From Octopus bimaculoides (taxonomy: Eukaryota): 39,274 bases of DNA. The stretch spans positions 121,845,266 to 121,884,539 of the forward strand of contig NC_068983.1 in NCBI RefSeq assembly GCF_001194135.2, given 5' to 3'. The notes below the pieces were generated by a model that saw only the letters and a list, made by a program, of their open reading frames with translations, was not told the origin of the DNA and ran no database searches. Below are positions 1 to 11,143 of this stretch, one piece after another; positions within the stretch are counted from its first letter, which is position 1; each line of letters begins with the position of its first letter. The position numbers and the translations under genes were made by a program.

Positions 1-509
1 TATACATTATTATTATTATTAAAGCTGTAAAAACATGACAAAATATCACAGAAACTCCTACTCAGAGTTTCACGTTCCCGTTCGTCGGACAGTTTACATT
101 AAGAACGGGAATGTGAAACTCTGGGTAGCAGTTTCTGTGATATTCTTGGGATGTCTTTGTGGCTTTAATAATAACAAATCATATTATTCTACTTCCGGTA
201 TTCGAGTACTGTTTTTTCCGCCTTGTATCTTCAGCTGCACAAAATATAGAATTTTTTAACAAGTAGGACATTAATGTGTCCAGCTTCTTAAAAAATTCTA
301 TATTCTGTGCAGCTGAAGATAGCACTGCATTTAAACTGATGTAATGATTGCATTGTTCAATTAAATGGAGTCACTTGAAACGAACGTACTGCATTACTAC
401 TTTATATCCTGTTGTTTATTTTGATTTTACTCACCTTACATCGAGCTGTGCGGATAATACCGGACTGACCTGGTGCTTCAACTTAAGTACCTAATTCAAC
501 TGAATCCTA

Positions 510-512
<3 letters not shown>

Positions 513-552
<40 letters not shown>

Positions 553-563
553 NNNNNNNNNNC

Positions 564-619
<56 letters not shown>
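513..619. repeat. Compound (AT)n/(AC)n microsatellite containing a 10-N gap (553-562)
   Basis: Read directly from the sequence. Confidence 0.95.
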
Positions 620-626
620 CTACATA

Positions 627-770
627 GAAAGATTACATAGTAATTCTTTGTTGGGCATCTTGTGCGCATGTGTGTGTGTATGTGTGTGTGTGTAAGTGCG
701 TGTACGTATATGTGTGTGTATATACATTATATGTATACATGTACATATTTAAACACATAAACGTGCATGC

Positions 771-858
<88 letters not shown>

Positions 859-985
859 ATGTATATATAATATATGTATATATATATATAATATATATAT
901 ACACACACGCTGCACATATACGTACACGCACTTACACACACACATACGCAAAGATGCCCAACAAAGAATTACTATGTAGTCTTTC
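627..985. repeat. Foldback / long inverted repeat with microsatellite core
   Basis: CATAGTAATTCTTTGTTGGGCATCTT (636-661) occurs as its exact reverse complement ending at 976. The inner motif GTAAGTGCGTGTACGTATATGTG is also mirrored, and the centre is (GT)n. Confidence 0.85.
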
Positions 986-1465
986 GACCTCCTAGGAATA
1001 TCAAGCAATTCTCCCTCAAACCACACCATACCATTTACATTATGTCCCAAAAAATTAATTACACATGGAACACATTTGATCAGAGTTCTGTTCGATTAGG
1101 GCGGCTAAAAGGTTAGATAACAATCAACTACAGCAGCAATAACAGCAACCTCATAGTTTGAAATATGAGGCACAGTTTTAGCACTGAGCTGATTTTGATA
1201 TAACAATTACTTATTTCTGTCTTATGACTGTATAGCTAACACTATTAAATTATGTGGACAGAGTACCACTATGATTCCACTAGCGATACATATCTCGTTC
1301 TAACAGCAACGATTTACTGCATTCTGTAGAACAAGTTTATTTATGGAAAGAGCAAAACCTCATTCTATGTCATCCCTTGGGTCATCTCCGTCTACATTGA
1401 AATCATTGTGCTGATGTTATTACTGTTTGGTGGTGAAAGTGGTGGAGGAGGTGGTGGGGGTGCAG

Positions 1466-2395
1466 NNNNNNNNNNNNNNNNNNNNNNNNNNNNNNNNNNN
1501 NNNNNNNNNNNNNNNNNNNNNNNNNNNNNNNNNNNNNNNNNNNNNNNNNNNNNNNNNNNNNNNNNNNNNNNNNNNNNNNNNNNNNNNNNNNNNNNNNNNN
1601 NNNNNNNNNNNNNNNNNNNNNNNNNNNNNNNNNNNNNNNNNNNNNNNNNNNNNNNNNNNNNNNNNNNNNNNNNNNNNNNNNNNNNNNNNNNNNNNNNNNN
1701 NNNNNNNNNNNNNNNNNNNNNNNNNNNNNNNNNNNNNNNNNNNNNNNNNNNNNNNNNNNNNNNNNNNNNNNNNNNNNNNNNNNNNNNNNNNNNNNNNNNN
1801 NNNNNNNNNNNNNNNNNNNNNNNNNNNNNNNNNNNNNNNNNNNNNNNNNNNNNNNNNNNNNNNNNNNNNNNNNNNNNNNNNNNNNNNNNNNNNNNNNNNN
1901 NNNNNNNNNNNNNNNNNNNNNNNNNNNNNNNNNNNNNNNNNNNNNNNNNNNNNNNNNNNNNNNNNNNNNNNNNNNNNNNNNNNNNNNNNNNNNNNNNNNN
2001 NNNNNNNNNNNNNNNNNNNNNNNNNNNNNNNNNNNNNNNNNNNNNNNNNNNNNNNNNNNNNNNNNNNNNNNNNNNNNNNNNNNNNNNNNNNNNNNNNNNN
2101 NNNNNNNNNNNNNNNNNNNNNNNNNNNNNNNNNNNNNNNNNNNNNNNNNNNNNNNNNNNNNNNNNNNNNNNNNNNNNNNNNNNNNNNNNNNNNNNNNNNN
2201 NNNNNNNNNNNNNNNNNNNNNNNNNNNNNNNNNNNNNNNNNNNNNNNNNNNNNNNNNNNNNNNNNNNNNNNNNNNNNNNNNNNNNNNNNNNNNNNNNNNN
2301 NNNNNNNNNNNNNNNNNNNNNNNNNNNNNNNNNNNNNNNNNNNNNNNNNNNNNNNNNNNNNNNNNNNNNNNNNNNNNNNNNNNNNNNNNNNNNNN
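1466..2395. other. Assembly gap (N run)
   Basis: Run of N. Confidence 1.
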
Positions 2396-2736
2396 TCATA
2401 GGATCGCGGTTTCGATTCCCAGACCGGGCGTTGTGAGTGTTGTTTATTGAGCGAAATCACCTAAAGTTCCATGAGGCTCCGGCAGGGGATGGTGACGAAC
2501 CCTGCTGTACTCTTCCACCACAACTTTCTCTCACTCTTACTTCCTGTTTCTGTTGTGCCTGTAATTCAAAGGGTCAGCCTTGTCACACTGCGTCACGCTG
2601 AATATCCCCGAGAACTACGTTAAGGGTACACGTGTCTGTGGAGTGCTCAGCCACTTGCACGTTAATTTCACGAGCAGGCTGTTCCGTTGATCGGATCAAC
2701 TGGAACCCTCGACGTCGTAAGCGACGGAGTGCCAAC
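2396..2736 (+). mobile_element. tRNA-derived SINE family A (5' end lost in gap)
   Basis: Near-identical to copies at 25742-26083 (+) and 36985-37372 (-). It has a B-box-like GGTTTCGATTCC and the tail ...GACGGAGTGCCAAC. Confidence 0.9.
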
Positions 2737-3174
2737 GTTGCTGTATCGCCCCGATCGAGCATACGTTTGACTAGATCCTGTTCACGTATACATATTTCCA
2801 GAAATGCTATTATGCTGCTCAGCCATAAACTCTGCCATAAACTAGATTATTCTATGCAATGCCTTGTAGCAATCTGTCCAATTACCTTCTATACGTTTGT
2901 TATTGTTGCTGTTGTTTAATCCAAGGTCAGCCTTTATCTGGCAGACCATTGCGTTCCAGCCGTGCCTATCCTACGAGAGATTGATGAAAATTTCCTGGCT
3001 TTAAGTCTAACGTGAAAGATCTGGTTGGAGGCCCAAACCTTACGAGTTCTTTTTATAGAACTGAGAAAAACTGAAGGACCACTGCAATAGGCCTTTGAAT
3101 AAAATCGTAGTTAACTCATCTTCCTTATTTTCCTTCACCCAAAGCCAGGAACTTTTCAGCTTGCCCACGCGCGC

Positions 3175-3219
<45 letters not shown>

Positions 3220-3508
3220 AAATCGCTGAGCGAGAGAAATACAGTAACAGTACCGAATAGTAATGTTTATATGCCAACATAACGTGGCAGTTCTATAAAG
3301 GGCGATGTAACTGCTGCTTTAGCCCCGGGAAAACATATTTTCGACACACAATTTGTGCCCGTATATAACATTTGCAAGGGAAGTCATCGCTCCTATCTCT
3401 AGCCTTACGTAATACTCACAGACCTGGGTTTCTGAATGTTATCTGTCTTCAGTGTGAGATAACCACCAGCTAGTGAGGAAATGCTATATAATTCTCCACT
3501 CGCAATAC

Positions 3509-3587
3509 TATATATTCTTTAAGCGACACACAGTCGCTGATCTCTCGATACGAGATCAGCGACTGTGAGTCGCTTAAAGAATATATA
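3509..3587. other. Near-perfect 79-nt hairpin (36-bp stem, 1 mismatch, 7-nt loop)
   Basis: 3509-3544 TATATATTCTTTAAGCGACACACAGTCGCTGATCTC pairs with 3552-3587 GAGATCAGCGACTGTGAGTCGCTTAAAGAATATATA. Confidence 0.95.
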
Positions 3588-3588
3588 A

Positions 3589-3642
3589 ATCGACGCCAGT
3601 GTTCCATGGACCCCGAAAGGATGAAAGGCGAAGACAACCTTA
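3589..3642 (-). mobile_element. SINE family B fragment, internally deleted
   Basis: GACCCCGAAAGGATGAAAGGC is the reverse complement of the family B core GCCTTTCATCCTTTCGGGGTC. Confidence 0.75.
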
Positions 3643-3654
3643 CCGCTTTATATG

Positions 3655-3754
3655 TAATAATAATAATAATAATAATAACAATAATAATAATAATAATAAT
3701 AATATACGTATATATATATATGTGTGTGTGTGTGTGTATATATGTGTATATATA

Positions 3755-3835
<81 letters not shown>

Positions 3836-3869
3836 CATTAGTGTTATTATTATTATTGATATTATTATT
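3655..3869. repeat. (TAA)n tract facing a (TTA)n tract across a TA/TG spacer
   Basis: Read directly from the sequence. Confidence 0.95.
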
Positions 3870-3872
3870 TAA

Positions 3873-4167
3873 GGTGGCAAGCTTAAAAAAGCGTTAGAAT
3901 GCCGGGCGAAATGTTTAACGGCATTTCGTCCGTCTTTACGTTCTGAGTTCAAATTCCGCCGAGGTCGACTTTGCTTTTCATCCTTTCAGGGTCGATAAAT
4001 TATCAGTGAAGCACTGGGGTCGATGTAATCGAATAGTCCCTTTCCCCAAAATTTCAGGCCTTGTGCTCTCGAGGTCGATAAATTGAGTACCAGTTGCGTG
4101 CTGGGTTCGATCTAATCGACTGGCTACCTCCCACCAAATTTCAGCTCTTACGCCTATAGTAGAAAGG
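3873..4167 (+). mobile_element. SINE family B, (ATT)n-tailed type, with a doubled 3' half
   Basis: The head and core match other B copies. The GGTCGATAAATT...AAATTTCAG segment occurs twice (3989-4066 and 4071-4167), followed by (ATT)n at 4168-4218. Confidence 0.9.
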
Positions 4168-4219
<52 letters not shown>

Positions 4220-4885
4220 GATAGAGAGATGAGTTCTTTACTTTTGTATACAATTGACACAATCCATCACTAAGGTAAACATAGCTGACGTAATCCATCA
4301 CCAAGGCCAACTTAATGACAAAAAGCTTTTTGAATATGTTGAATAAAGCCATAATTAACTGATACTCTTGTATTTTTTTTTACCCAAAATCAGGACATTT
4401 TCAGCACTTCCTAGTAGTGTCTACGTGTATAGCAAGGATCGTTTCTCTTTATCACGGATGTATTTTACCTTTAGTTAGTGCGATGCTGTGCGATATACAG
4501 GAAATTTGGTTGCCATATCTTACAGGTTAAATGACTGAAACGGAATATCAAAGATTGAGATGTAGAAACATCAAAGGATTGACGAATGAAGGAGACAATC
4601 GCTTCTAGATTCGATGAAAGTAAGCAAATATCCATTAAAGTAAGCATCCGTGGATGTAGATTTATATATATAAGTATGTGTGGCTGTGTGTGTCGGGAGG
4701 GAAGGGTAAGTGTTGTATACGTCTGTGAGTGTGTATGTGTGCGTGCGCGTGATGATGATGCAAATGTATCTGTTTTGTGATAGCGAAGATTTCGTAATTT
4801 AATATCAGATTCAGAACGAATGAAAAGCAATGGCAGTTCCACTGAAAAGTAGGAGTAAAGACGAAACTTATAGTTTATGTTATAA

Positions 4886-5492
4886 NNNNNNNNNNNNNNN
4901 NNNNNNNNNNNNNNNNNNNNNNNNNNNNNNNNNNNNNNNNNNNNNNNNNNNNNNNNNNNNNNNNNNNNNNNNNNNNNNNNNNNNNNNNNNNNNNNNNNNN
5001 NNNNNNNNNNNNNNNNNNNNNNNNNNNNNNNNNNNNNNNNNNNNNNNNNNNNNNNNNNNNNNNNNNNNNNNNNNNNNNNNNNNNNNNNNNNNNNNNNNNN
5101 NNNNNNNNNNNNNNNNNNNNNNNNNNNNNNNNNNNNNNNNNNNNNNNNNNNNNNNNNNNNNNNNNNNNNNNNNNNNNNNNNNNNNNNNNNNNNNNNNNNN
5201 NNNNNNNNNNNNNNNNNNNNNNNNNNNNNNNNNNNNNNNNNNNNNNNNNNNNNNNNNNNNNNNNNNNNNNNNNNNNNNNNNNNNNNNNNNNNNNNNNNNN
5301 NNNNNNNNNNNNNNNNNNNNNNNNNNNNNNNNNNNNNNNNNNNNNNNNNNNNNNNNNNNNNNNNNNNNNNNNNNNNNNNNNNNNNNNNNNNNNNNNNNNN
5401 NNNNNNNNNNNNNNNNNNNNNNNNNNNNNNNNNNNNNNNNNNNNNNNNNNNNNNNNNNNNNNNNNNNNNNNNNNNNNNNNNNNNNNNNNNNN
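4886..5492. other. Assembly gap (N run)
   Basis: Run of N. Confidence 1.
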
Positions 5493-5634
5493 ATATACAC
5501 ACGCACATGTGATTTATATATATATCTCCTATTTTTGTTGTTTTTATATTAACAACATAAATCGAAGAATTCTGCAGAAACGAAAGACTATATAATAACA
5601 TGATGAGGAAAATAGAAACTAGAATCAAACAATG

Positions 5635-5652
5635 TGTGTGCCTGTGTGCGTC

Positions 5653-5701
<49 letters not shown>

Positions 5702-5735
5702 CTGTGTCTGTGTGTGTGTGTGCACGTGTGTGTGT
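5635..5735. repeat. (GT)n microsatellite
   Basis: Read directly from the sequence. Confidence 0.95.
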
Positions 5736-5867
5736 ACAGAAGAAGACACAAAATCTCGATAAAAAAATAAGTCAGAATTATTAGTTGCGCAGATTGGATA
5801 AAAGCTGATCAATATCAGGCAGAAAATAAGAGAAACAAAGCTATGAAATATGTGTTGCTGTTATCGG

Positions 5868-6011
5868 TGATGATGATGATGATATTGTTGTTCTTGTTGT
5901 TGCTGTTGCTATCACCATATTATCATCATCGTCATCATCGTCATCGTCATCATCATCATCATCATTATTGTCGTTGTTATTATTATTATTATTATTATTA
6001 TCAATATTATT
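5868..6011. repeat. Compound trinucleotide microsatellite (GAT/GTT/CAT/TAT)
   Basis: Read directly from the sequence. Confidence 0.9.
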
Positions 6012-6016
6012 ACGAC

Positions 6017-6222
6017 GGCGAGTTGGCAGAATCGTGAGCATGCCGGGCAGAATGCTTAACAGTACTTCGTCCATCTTTACGTTCTAAGCTCAAATTCCGC
6101 TGAGATCAACTTTGTCTTTCATCCTCTCGGGGGTCGATAAAATAAGTACCAGTTCAACACATGAATCTTGTTATCGACTCATTCCCTCCCCGAAAATTGT
6201 TGCCCTGTCACAAATTTGAAAT
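6017..6222 (+). mobile_element. SINE family B, diverged full-length copy
   Basis: Head GGCGAGTTGGCAGAATCG, core CTTTCATCCTCTCGGGGGTCGATAAAATAAGTACCAG, and a tail ending AAATTTGAAA. Confidence 0.85.
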
Positions 6223-6238
6223 AATTAATTATTGTTGT

Positions 6239-6270
<32 letters not shown>

Positions 6271-6292
6271 TTGTTGTTGTTGTTTTTAAGAT

Positions 6293-6450
6293 GGCGAGTT
6301 TGCAGAACCGTTAGCATACTGGTCGAAATGCTTAGCGGTATTTCGCCCGTCGCTGTGTTCTGAGTTCAAATTCCCCCGAGGTCAACTTTGCCTTTCATCC
6401 TTTCAGGGGTCGATAAATTAAGTACCAGTTGAAACACTGGTGTCGATGTA
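6293..6450 (+). mobile_element. SINE family B, 3'-truncated
   Basis: Head and core match 17117-17350; the copy runs into a (CAT)n tract. Confidence 0.85.
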
Positions 6451-6493
6451 TCATCATTATCATCATCATTATCATCACCATTAGACAAGCTAC

Positions 6494-6983
6494 CTGTCCC
6501 ACTGTCGGCACCTCTACCACTTCCAAAATCAGTATCTTCGCTATCCATTCACCACCGCTTACTTCTGCATTGACAGTGGTTGCTGGAAACCCCCAGCAAC
6601 TCCATAATCAGCAGCTGCAAAGTGAGAGCATTGCAAAGGTCAGTTCTTTTGCAGGAAGTGCAAAAATAATTACATAAGATTTTCTAGAGGAAAAAACAAA
6701 CAAATCGTCGAGCGATACTAAAGCCTCTCCGGATAGATGCAGGAAAGTTATCTTAGCAGTGACCCTGATCTGGAAGAAAGTGCAGAAAAGATTACATAAT
6801 CCCGAGACTGTCAATGTGGGACTGTGGAAGTAGAATTACGTTGACGAGTTTAGGTATAGTGACAGCCCACTATCCGTGAAAGGAATTGCTCCTCATTCCT
6901 ATACATATGGTTCTGCAGTGATGGTGTTAGATGTGCCGCTAGAATTGAACATCTGATGTTGTTTGAAATGGAATAAAATCGGT
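6494..6983 (-). other. Candidate exon (5'UTR-like; possible start MDSEDTDFGSGRGADSGT at 6548)
   Basis: Unique, non-repetitive sequence. Minus-strand acceptor TTCTGTTTCAG ends at 6984 (alternative CTTTTCTGCACTTTCTTCCAG ends at 6770) and donor CAG|GTAGCT lies at 6494/6493. No transcript evidence. Confidence 0.25.
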
Positions 6984-7012
6984 CTGAAACAGAAGTCTAG
7001 GTTCATGTCTAT

Positions 7013-7222
7013 GCATGTGTGTGCGAGTGTAGATTTGTGTGTGAATATACACGCACACATGCACACACATACATATACACACATACACATACACACACAT
7101 ATATATACATATGTATATATATGTATGCATGTATGTATGTATGTATGTATGTATGTACGTATGTATGTATGTATATGTATTTGTATGTGAATGAATAAAA
7201 ATATGTATATATGTGTACATGC
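7013..7222. repeat. Compound (GT)/(CA)/(ATGT)n microsatellite
   Basis: Read directly from the sequence. Confidence 0.9.
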
Positions 7223-7634
7223 ATATTTTCCTTCAATTATGAAGAATAGAAACACTTTTTATTCTCTAAGTTAGCCTTATTCAAGGCGGATTACAAAAGA
7301 AAATGCTTCTCACTACGTGGAAGCTTGGTTCTGCAATCGTTGCTGACATTTATAACAAAAATACCAATACCAACAACACAACTCCCTCAATGAGCTAAGA
7401 CAACGTAAATATTCTTCCCATTTCGCATAGTTTTTTACATTTAAATCCTAATTTCTCCCGTGCTATGAAAAAGCTCATGAAAATCTTACTGTCGGCTATA
7501 TGAAGCAGTTAAGAAATTACTGGAACGAAGACCACTAATATGTATATTTAAAAGAACCATGGAATGTATGTCACAATGACATTTCAAATTGTTTGCCATA
7601 GCACTGACAGATCTTGCAGAATGAAAGCACTCAC

Positions 7635-7832
7635 TTGATCTACAACTATGGGTCCATTGCTTTCCTAAACATTACGTATTAATTTTACAAACGCTGTTTC
7701 AACTAATCTCTTGAAACCATTGCTTTCTCACGTTTAAACGGTCTCGACGCCAAGAACCTTTCTGTGTTCGAAAATGGCTTTCGCAGATAGTACTTCTTAT
7801 TTCAACTTCTGTGTTGTCAGTAGATTGATTTT
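7635..7832 (-). other. Candidate non-coding exon (198 nt)
   Basis: Minus-strand acceptor TGGTTGTTTTCAG and strong donor CAA|GTGAGT. All three frames contain stops. Confidence 0.3.
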
Positions 7833-8529
7833 CTGAAAACAACCAAAAACAACCTATAGATGAAAATATAAACAAACCATCGTCCATAATCACTAACATC
7901 AATTCTCATATCTTTCGCATGAAACTTATCCGATTGTGGAATATATACAACTTTAAAATAATACAAAGCTGCAGGGTGAAAATAATGTATACAACATCTA
8001 TAAAGTGTCATTAAATAACAGATCCCTTGTGACGAGAGTAGGTGGGGAACACTCATATTAAAATATCATATACAAAAGAGTGTACCATTGTCGAAAACTT
8101 TATGAAAATATATGATAAAACTCATTGGACGTTTAACATCTATTGTATGCAGCTGCTATCATTCTGAAAAACAAAAACATCTAGCAGATACCTCTAGTAT
8201 ATATGATGAAAAACTCAACATAAGCAACTTAAGTTGAATATATAAACAGCTACCAGCGCTCCAGAATTGAACATTTAAACACATGTTATGTGAGTATACA
8301 TCATAAGATGTAATAAATTCATAGTAAATCAAGGATATCATTTGAAAAAGTTGGTAAAATATTGAGATTGTAGAAGCCAAACTTTTGGTGAGAGACCAAT
8401 AACTTTTAAACATGAATTCAACGCTGAGTGAAAGCCTCCGTTATCAAAAAATACATATACTACCATAGGCCAGCATTAACCACCAAAAGATCTCGCTCTC
8501 TGGAAGATCTTTAACTCATTTAGTCTAAG

Positions 8530-8715
8530 ATCTGGAATGAAAAGAATTTTAATCAGAATGCATCTTGGCTAAAGAAACTTCCAGAAAGGATAATGTACTC
8601 ACATCGATAGCAAACTTACATAATCGACTTTGAATCGTTCACCAAAGTTGTGAGAAAGTCACGTAATGGGAAGGTACCAGAGAGAGATCTAACAGTTAAA
8701 CTATTCTTACAAGAT
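8530..8715 (+). pseudogene. Degenerate RLE-class LINE fragment, region just upstream of the RT domain
   Basis: Frameshifted translation IWNEKNFNQNASWLKKL...IDFESFTKVVRKSRNGKVPERDL resembles the W..F..NA.WL and KAPG.D region of R4/R2-group ORFs. Confidence 0.5.
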
Positions 8716-8761
8716 ATAAATATTTTAGACATAACTATTAAGATACGTATTTAAAGAATTA

Positions 8762-8915
8762 TAGATCTAGGTTAGAAACCGGCTCTTTCTCCATTTGCAA
8801 GAAATCTTGAAATAAAACTATATAGTTACATGCATACATACACACACACATACACACATACATACATACATGCATGCATGCATACACACATACATACATA
8901 CATACATACATACAT
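8762..8915 (+). mobile_element. 3' UTR end of the (ACAT)n-tailed RLE LINE
   Basis: 8762-8820 is the reverse complement (~85%) of 17712-17770 and is followed by (CATA)n. Confidence 0.75.
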
Positions 8916-9315
8916 AGACACGCTTATAATGACCATGACAGGATCTGAAGAGCCCGTTATAAATCTAGATTAACAAGTCATAGATAATGTTTGAATAATC
9001 AGCATACTTCAATACAACGCTTGATCATTTATGGAACAAAAGAAGCTAAGATATAACCGGAAACCACACCTCAAGACACTAGTAAATAACTAACTGTATG
9101 TGTTTTCCAGTTATCAAACCAGCTAAGGGGCTAAAGAATATGGCGTGTAAAAATGTAATATATAATTAACTGTATGCGTATGTGAATGCGTTCAAATGCA
9201 CATACACTTCTTTACTATATGCATGTTTGTATTTAAAGGATGTTTATGTGTGATTATATGTATGTGTGTGTGTGCGTGCGTTTGCGCGCGCGTATGTGTA
9301 TGTGTGTGTGTGTGT

Positions 9316-9353
<38 letters not shown>

Positions 9354-9550
9354 ACATTGGCTGCAGTTGGCTGAAGGGGCCTATTACAGCCAACTCAGAC
9401 GTTATATTTCTTCCTTGCCTTGTTTAGATGAAATGCAGACATACCACTAATCTTAAAGACATATGCATGCAAATGCGTATGTACGAACTCTTTGATGGTC
9501 GATAAGGCCCTGAGCTCATCTATCGTATGTGTATGTATGAATATATGTGT

Positions 9551-9757
9551 NNNNNNNNNNNNNNNNNNNNNNNNNNNNNNNNNNNNNNNNNNNNNNNNNN
9601 NNNNNNNNNNNNNNNNNNNNNNNNNNNNNNNNNNNNNNNNNNNNNNNNNNNNNNNNNNNNNNNNNNNNNNNNNNNNNNNNNNNNNNNNNNNNNNNNNNNN
9701 NNNNNNNNNNNNNNNNNNNNNNNNNNNNNNNNNNNNNNNNNNNNNNNNNNNNNNNNN
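9551..9757. other. Assembly gap (N run) within a TA/TG microsatellite
   Basis: Run of N. Confidence 1.
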
Positions 9758-10802
9758 GATCTCACACACGCATATATATTTATATATATGCGTGTGTGTA
9801 TACATACATGTATGTATATGTATGTGTATATGTGTAGATATACATATATACATATGCATATATATATATATGCATACATGCACACACTCATGTGTGCTTT
9901 TAGATATGAGTGTATGTGCATGCGTCTGTTTGTGTGTGTGTATAATGTAGTTGGCCTAGAGTTTATAAAACCTTCGCTTCAGGAGATAAACTATTGGGAA
10001 ACTATCCTTTTATGCCCTACATATTTCTGTCTTGTATAGCAAATTTTATTCCAATGTTTGCAATGTACTACAGCCATTATCAGCAACACTCAACTGCCAT
10101 ATGTTCTGTTTACATGCATAGAAATATAGAGATTACACTGACAATTTGATAACAGTCGCTATTTAAATCGGTTACATAGGGACTAATTGAAATGGCTAGA
10201 CTAATTAGTATATCGTACATTAATCAGTGAGATGATTAAAAATTTAAATGCTTAATGTACAAACAGCCATCTTGTGAGCATACAGGTGAGAAGTATTTGT
10301 TCTAGGAATAGAGGCACACTAGCCACAAAACATCTATATAATAATCTGCTTGTTTATTTAGTTAGTTAGGTGGAGGTAGAGTGAGTGAGAGATAGAGTAT
10401 AAGAGAGAGAGGGGGAAGGAATGTGCGTAGAGAAGAAAGAAGAGAGGATTATAATAATACACTAAGCTCAAATGCATCACGCGGTTAGTTGAAGAGAGAG
10501 GCGAAGAGCGATAGAAAAGAGGGAAAGAGAAGTGTTAACCACGAGTTGTAAGGTGGAGAGGGAAAGGTAAAGAGAAAGAGATATGTTTAGGATACAGTAT
10601 TTAGCAGAGGATGATGTTCTGGTGGGAAGGTTAAAGAAAGGTAGAGAGAGAGACGAACAGGTAAGCAGTTACATTAAGACAGACAGATAGAGCGTTTGTA
10701 TTGTGAAGGTAGAGATACATCGACAGCAAGAAAAAGTAGATATAAACAAACAGCTGAACTGAACTAAAGTGAAATGAACTTTGTTACAGAAAACTAGTGA
10801 TG

Positions 10803-11143
10803 NNNNNNNNNNNNNNNNNNNNNNNNNNNNNNNNNNNNNNNNNNNNNNNNNNNNNNNNNNNNNNNNNNNNNNNNNNNNNNNNNNNNNNNNNNNNNNNNNN
10901 NNNNNNNNNNNNNNNNNNNNNNNNNNNNNNNNNNNNNNNNNNNNNNNNNNNNNNNNNNNNNNNNNNNNNNNNNNNNNNNNNNNNNNNNNNNNNNNNNNNN
11001 NNNNNNNNNNNNNNNNNNNNNNNNNNNNNNNNNNNNNNNNNNNNNNNNNNNNNNNNNNNNNNNNNNNNNNNNNNNNNNNNNNNNNNNNNNNNNNNNNNNN
11101 NNNNNNNNNNNNNNNNNNNNNNNNNNNNNNNNNNNNNNNNNNN
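10803..11143. other. Assembly gap (N run) within purine-rich GA low-complexity sequence
   Basis: Run of N with GA-rich flanks (about 10380-11340). Confidence 1.

Noticed and set aside
435-490. Strong minus-strand donor (AAG|GTGAGT at 435/434) with a short open frame
   Set aside because: No convincing polypyrimidine acceptor and no recognisable peptide.
633-1050. HT/CV/YI-rich ORFs here and at 3470-3872, 6899-7255, 29159-29498 and 37624-38359
   Set aside because: Translations of (CA)n, (TA)n, (ATT)n and (ATGT)n microsatellites, not proteins.
1392-2460. Long ORFs (300+ aa) here and at 4471-5751, 9395-10039, 10669-11212, 23741-24651, 25070-25846 and 30380-31456
   Set aside because: They are open only because they cross N gaps; the flanking residues are microsatellite or SINE translations.
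9361-9398. Small hairpin AGTTGGCTG/CAGCCAACT
   Set aside because: A 9-12-bp stem is expected by chance in 39 kb and has no supporting context.
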